Of a stretch of 64,000 nucleotides of DNA, positions 61,341-64,000 are shown piece after piece (position 1 is the stretch's first letter; every line of letters begins with the position of its first letter). This stretch comes from Stegostoma tigrinum (lineage: Eukaryota), in NCBI RefSeq assembly GCF_030684315.1, contig NC_081374.1, positions 11,954,837 to 12,018,836 of the forward strand. Direction: 5' to 3'. The notes under the pieces are model-generated. The model made no database searches, had not been told where the DNA came from, and saw nothing but the letters and a program-made list of their open reading frames with translations. Position numbers and translations under genes: made by a program.

Positions 61341-63958
61341 ACATAGAACATAGAACGTAACAGCACAGTACAGGTCATTCAGCTCTCAATGTTTCACCGG
61401 CCTATGAAACCAATCTGAAGCCGAACTAGCCTACACTATTCCATTATTATCCATATATTTATCCAATGACCATTTAGATGCCCTTAAAGTTGGCGAGTCT
61501 ATTACAGTTGCAGGCTGGGCATTACACGCCCTTACTTCTTTCTGAGTAAAGAACCTACCTCTGACATCAGTCCTGTAGCTACCACCCCTCAATTTAAAGC
61601 TATGTCCCCTTGCGCTAGCCATCACCATCAGAGGAAAAAGCCTCTCACTGTCCCCCTATCTAATCCTCTGATCATCTTATATATCTCTATTAAGTCGCCG
61701 CTTAACCTTCTTCTCTCCAATGAAAACAACCTCAAGCCCCTCAACCTTTCCTCATAGGACATTCACTCCATACCAAGCAACATCCTCTGCACCCTTTCCA
61801 ATGCTTCCACATCCTTCCGAGAATGCGGCGACCAGAACTGTAAGCAATATTCCAGTGTAGCCGCATCAGAGTTTTATGCAGCTGCAACATTACCTCATGG
61901 CTCAGAAACTCAATCCCTCTACCAATAAAACTTAGTACATCATACACCTTCCTAACCACCCTATCAACCAGGGTGGCAACTTTCAGGGATCTATGCACAT
62001 GGACACCAAGATCTCTCTGCTCATCTGCACTACCAAGAATCTTACCATTAGCCCAGGACTCTGTATTCCTGTTACTCCTTCCAAAGTGAATCACCTCACA
62101 CTTTTCTGCATTCAACTCCATTTGCCACCTCTCAGCCCAGCTCTGCAGCTTATCTACATCTCTCTGTCATCTGCAACGTCCTTCCACACTATCCACAACT
62201 CCACTGACTTTAGTATCATCCGCAAATTTACTAACCCATCCTTCTACACCCTCATCCAGGTCATTTATAAAAATGACAAACAGCAGTGGCCCCAAAACAG
62301 ATCCTTGTGGTATACCAGAAACTGAACTCCAGGATGAACATTTCCCATCAACCACTACCCTCTGACTTAGAACATAGAACATAGAAAAGTACAGCACAGT
62401 ACAGGCCCTTTGGCCCACGATGTTGTGCCGTGGAATAATCCTAATCCAAAAGTAAAATAACCTCACCTACATTCCCCTCAATTCACTGCAGTCCATGTGC
62501 ATGTCCAGCAGTCGCTGAAATGTCACTAATGACTCCGCTTCCATGACTACCACTGGCAAACTATTCCATGCGCTCACAACACTCTGGGTGAAGAACCTCC
62601 CTCTGACATCTCTTCTATACCTTCCAACTAATACCTTAACACTATGACCCCTCATGGCAGTCAATCCTGCCCCGGGGAAAAGTCTCTGGCTATCAACTCT
62701 ATCCATGCCTCTCATTACCTCGTACACCTCGATCAGGTCACCTCTCTTCCTCCTTCTCTCCAGAGAGAAAAGTCCGAGCTCAGTCAACCTCTCCTCGTAA
62801 GACAAGCCCTCCAGTCCAGGCAGCCTCCTGGTAAACCTCTTTTGCACCCTCTCCATAGCCTCCACATCTTTCCTGTAATAGGGCGACCAGAACTGGACAC
62901 AATATTCCAAGTGTGGTCTCAACAGATTTTGTAGAGCTGCAGCATAAACACGCGGCTCTTAAACTTGATCCCCTTGTCAATGAAATTCAAAACACCGTCT
63001 GCTTTCTTAACAACCTTATCCACCTGGGTGGCAACTAGGCTGACTGGTCTGTAATTTCCAGGGATTTCCCTATTCCCTCTCTTGAAAAGAGGAACAACGT
63101 TTGCCTCCCTCCAATCTTCCGGTATGACTCCCGTGGAGAGTGAGGAAGCAAAGATCTTTGGCAATGTCTTAGCAAACTCTTTTCTTGCTTCCCGGAGAAA
63201 CCTAGGATAAATCTGGTCTAGCCCTGGGGACTCATCAATCTTACTGTTCACTAAAATTTCCAGCACATCACCTTCCTCAGTCATGATCTGTTCAAGCCTG
63301 CCTTCCTGCTCCTCAAAGTTCTCATTCACAACAAGGTCCCTTTCCTTAGTGAAAACCAAAGAAAATAACTCATTTAGTGCTTCCCCTATCTGCTCAGACT
63401 CCATGCACAAGTTCCCTATGCTATCCCTGATTGGCCCTACCTTCTCCCTGATCATTCTCTTATTCCTCACGTATGAGTAAAATGCCTTCGGGTTCTCCCT
63501 CATCCTTCCTGCCAAGCCTTTTTCGTGCACCCTCCTGGCCCTCCTCAGTCCACTTTTGAGCTCCTTCCGAGCAAGCCTGTAATCCTCTAAAGCTGTGCTA
63601 GACCCTTGCTTCCTCCACCTTACGTAAACTGCCTTTTTCTTTTTGACAAGAAGCACTTCTGTACCCGTCATCCAAGGCTCCTTAATCTTACCCCTTCTTA
63701 CCTGTCTCAGAAGAACAAATTTACACATCACTCGCAACAACTGCTCCTTAAACAGTCTCCGCATGTCTGTTGTGCCCCTTCTGTGGAACAACTGCTCCCA
63801 ATCTGTACTTCCCAACTCCTGCCTGATAGCGTCATAATTTCCTTTTCCCCAGTTAAATATCTTCCCCTGGTAACTGCTCCTTTCCTTTTCCATGTCTTCT
63901 TGCAGCTAGCCAATTTCTGATCCAAACCGCTAAATCACCCTCAATCCCATGCCTCCGT
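61341..63958 (-). mobile_element. Duplicate of the CR1 block at 37861-40478
   Basis: ORFs 61741..62121, 62167..62466 ([12 protein letters not shown]), 62467..62922, 62919..63893. Confidence 0.88.
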
Positions 63959-64000
63959 ATTCAATCACCTTTCCTTAGCCACTGACTCCATCCATCACCC

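Larger units (their letters stand above)
30600..64000 (+). repeat. Segmental duplication II (youngest): ~30600-40520 repeated at ~54083-64000, period 23481
   Basis: Near-identical sequence, with ORF pairs at constant offset 23480-23481 (30652/54133, 32407/55888, 40248/63728). Confidence 0.95.

Noticed and set aside
1-64000. CRISPR arrays, rRNA or prokaryotic systems
   Set aside because: No regularly spaced short repeats or operon structure; the content is vertebrate introns and retroelements.

Overview
Vertebrate genomic DNA, almost certainly from a cartilaginous fish (shark-type Penelope pLTRs, HE1-like and SacSINE-like SINEs, CR1 LINEs; host is inferred from the repeats only). The window is a tandem array of ~15-23 kb segmental-duplication units. 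The ancestral unit carries one + strand immunoglobulin-superfamily receptor gene, which the ORF track fragments because it is multi-exon. One copy (gene B, 44555-56008) can be spliced by hand with canonical GT-AG sites into an 843-nt CDS (280 aa). It has a signal peptide, a CD300/pIgR-type V domain, an FCRL-like C2 domain, a short stalk, a 10-nt microexon, and a transmembrane exon with a PQxYxxxNxxR motif (as in the FcRgamma-coupled LILRA/FcalphaRI/GPVI/NKp46 receptors) and almost no cytoplasmic tail. A second copy (gene A, 13494-16093) has a dead leader donor and has lost its stalk and TM exons. An orphan 3' half (microexon + TM, 31586-32527) lies downstream of A, in frame with it. The rest is mostly retroelements: two Penelope-like families (RT + GIY-YIG; several with inverted arms and target-site duplications), whose terminal repeats carry minimal hammerhead-ribozyme cores, plus CR1 fragments, SINEs and possible very old PIF/Harbinger relics. 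Repeat boundaries are approximate; exon boundaries were read base by base.
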